Assembly (NCBI GenBank): GCA_043228905.1
Contig: JBHGNT010000013.1
Location: 12,896,001-12,960,000 of the forward strand
Length of the DNA stretch: 64,000 nt
Direction of reading: 5' to 3'
Source: Azolla caroliniana
Taxonomy: Eukaryota; Plantae; Polypodiophyta
The translations under genes were made by a program, and so were the position numbers. The notes under the pieces are model-generated. The model was not told the DNA's origin and did no database searches. It worked only from the letters and a program-made list of their open reading frames with translations. This document shows, piece after piece, positions 63,063 through 64,000 of this stretch (its first letter is position 1; every line of letters starts with the position of its first letter).

Positions 63063-63143
63063 GACAATTTGGCCGAGTGGTTAAGGCGTTTGACTTGAAA
63101 TCAAATGGGTTCGCCCTCGTAGGTTCGAATCCTGCAATTGTCG
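63063..63143 (+). tRNA. tRNA-Ser: tRNA-Ser(TGA), fully folding; best functional candidate
   Basis: GACAATT/AATTGTC acceptor, G discriminator, GCC/GGC D stem, TTTGA/TCAAA anticodon stem, GGG-TTCG-CCC variable arm, GGTTCGAATCC B box, upstream CAA and downstream TTTT. Confidence 0.8.
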
Positions 63144-63919
63144 ACATTCTTTTCCCTTAAGAATAACTACTCCTTCATGCGTTTTTGGTTTGCTTATTAT
63201 CAAGCTACTATAGATAATATTTCCAACATTTTAGTGCGGACAATAGTAAAATCGATTCATGAAAACTAGAAACAATTTTCCTGATTGCTTATGGTGGTTG
63301 ACTCAAAATCAAATGTTTGCTTCTCGGAGTTTGGAATCCTACATTTGTAGACTTTCTTTTAAAATCTTTGATGTTGCCGTCATTGATTTACATCGAGCCA
63401 TTGTGTGGCAAACCAATCCATATCACAATTCAGAGAGGCGAAATATATTATGAATATTTGACCGCTTAAGTCAAATGTGTCAATATTAGGCCGACTCCAT
63501 ATAACCGAATATTTTTGCATTAACATAACGCCAACTAGGAAAATCATTAGACGGATTGACCAAAATATTAATACTTGTACTATCTCATAGAAGCCAAAAA
63601 ATTATGGCAATTTGGCCAAGTGGTTTAGGCGTTTGCCCTCGTAGGTGCCAATCCTGTAGTTGTCAAGATTCTTTTAGTAAATTGTGGAAACTATTTACTA
63701 ACATTGAGCTTTTGTGCTTTAAACATTAAATATCCCAATAGTAATCAAATGTATGTGCATTAACATACTTGTGAACACTTAAATCGTATCGCTTCCGAAA
63801 GAATAAAGACTTATAATAGTCTTTTTTTCTGCTTTACTAGCATGCTTAGATAGATAATATTTGCAACATTTAATTACAACCAATACTAAAACATGTAACT
63901 ATCATAAAGAGAAAAATAG

Positions 63920-64000
63920 GACAACTTGGACGAGTGGTTAAGATGTTTGACTAGAAATCAAATGGGTTCGCCCTCGTAGGTTCGAATCCTACAATTGTTG
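63920..64000 (+). pseudogene. tRNA-Ser: tRNA-Ser(AGA) copy
   Basis: D-stem and acceptor mismatches; perfect T arm. Confidence 0.65.

Larger units (their letters stand above)
46116..64000 (+). repeat. Tandem array of about 27 tRNA-Ser genes/pseudogenes with modular AT-rich spacers; extends past the window end
   Basis: 81-nt consensus GACAACTTGGCCGAGTGGTTAAGGCGTTTGACT-NGA-AATCAAATGGGTTCGCCCTCGCAGGTTCGAATCCTGCAGTTGTCG recurs roughly every 230-750 bp. Interrupted at 46181-47800 and about 55875-61675. Confidence 0.92.

Noticed and set aside
48271-63453. Short ORFs across the array (e.g. 48271-48471, 52780-53118, 63259-63453)
   Set aside because: Chance translations of tRNA and spacer repeats.
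46116-64000. CRISPR-like pattern of conserved repeats with intervening spacers
   Set aside because: The repeats are 81-nt tRNAs, the spacers are long and themselves repeated, the context is eukaryotic and there are no cas genes.
46116-64000. Cluster of tRNA-derived SINEs
   Set aside because: Complete tRNA bodies with conserved upstream flanks, no tails or TSDs, all in tandem on one strand; this fits DNA-level amplification.

Overview
Eukaryotic, plant-type (bryophyte-like by inference) repeat-rich heterochromatin with no recognisable host protein-coding gene. Bases 1-46115 are a deeply nested stack of LTR retrotransposons. It contains a tRNA-Trp-primed Ty3/gypsy family (two complete copies X and Y, partial copies Z and W, and a young gag-only non-autonomous relative), three Ty1/copia families (A, B, C), a probably Arg-primed non-chromovirus gypsy, and a solo LTR. 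LTRs, PBS, PPT and TSDs are readable for most of these. From 46116 to the window end is a tandem array of about 27 same-strand tRNA-Ser copies (anticodons TGA, AGA, CGA and two TTA), interrupted by chromovirus and copia debris that has been co-duplicated with the array. Main observations: the tRNA-Ser array; 4-bp CpG-centred target sites for the Trp-primed gypsy family; a -1 frameshift signal (slippery site plus pseudoknot) between protease and RT; and antisense tRNA-like Pol III boxes in several LTRs. All calls were made by eye and no database searches were run.
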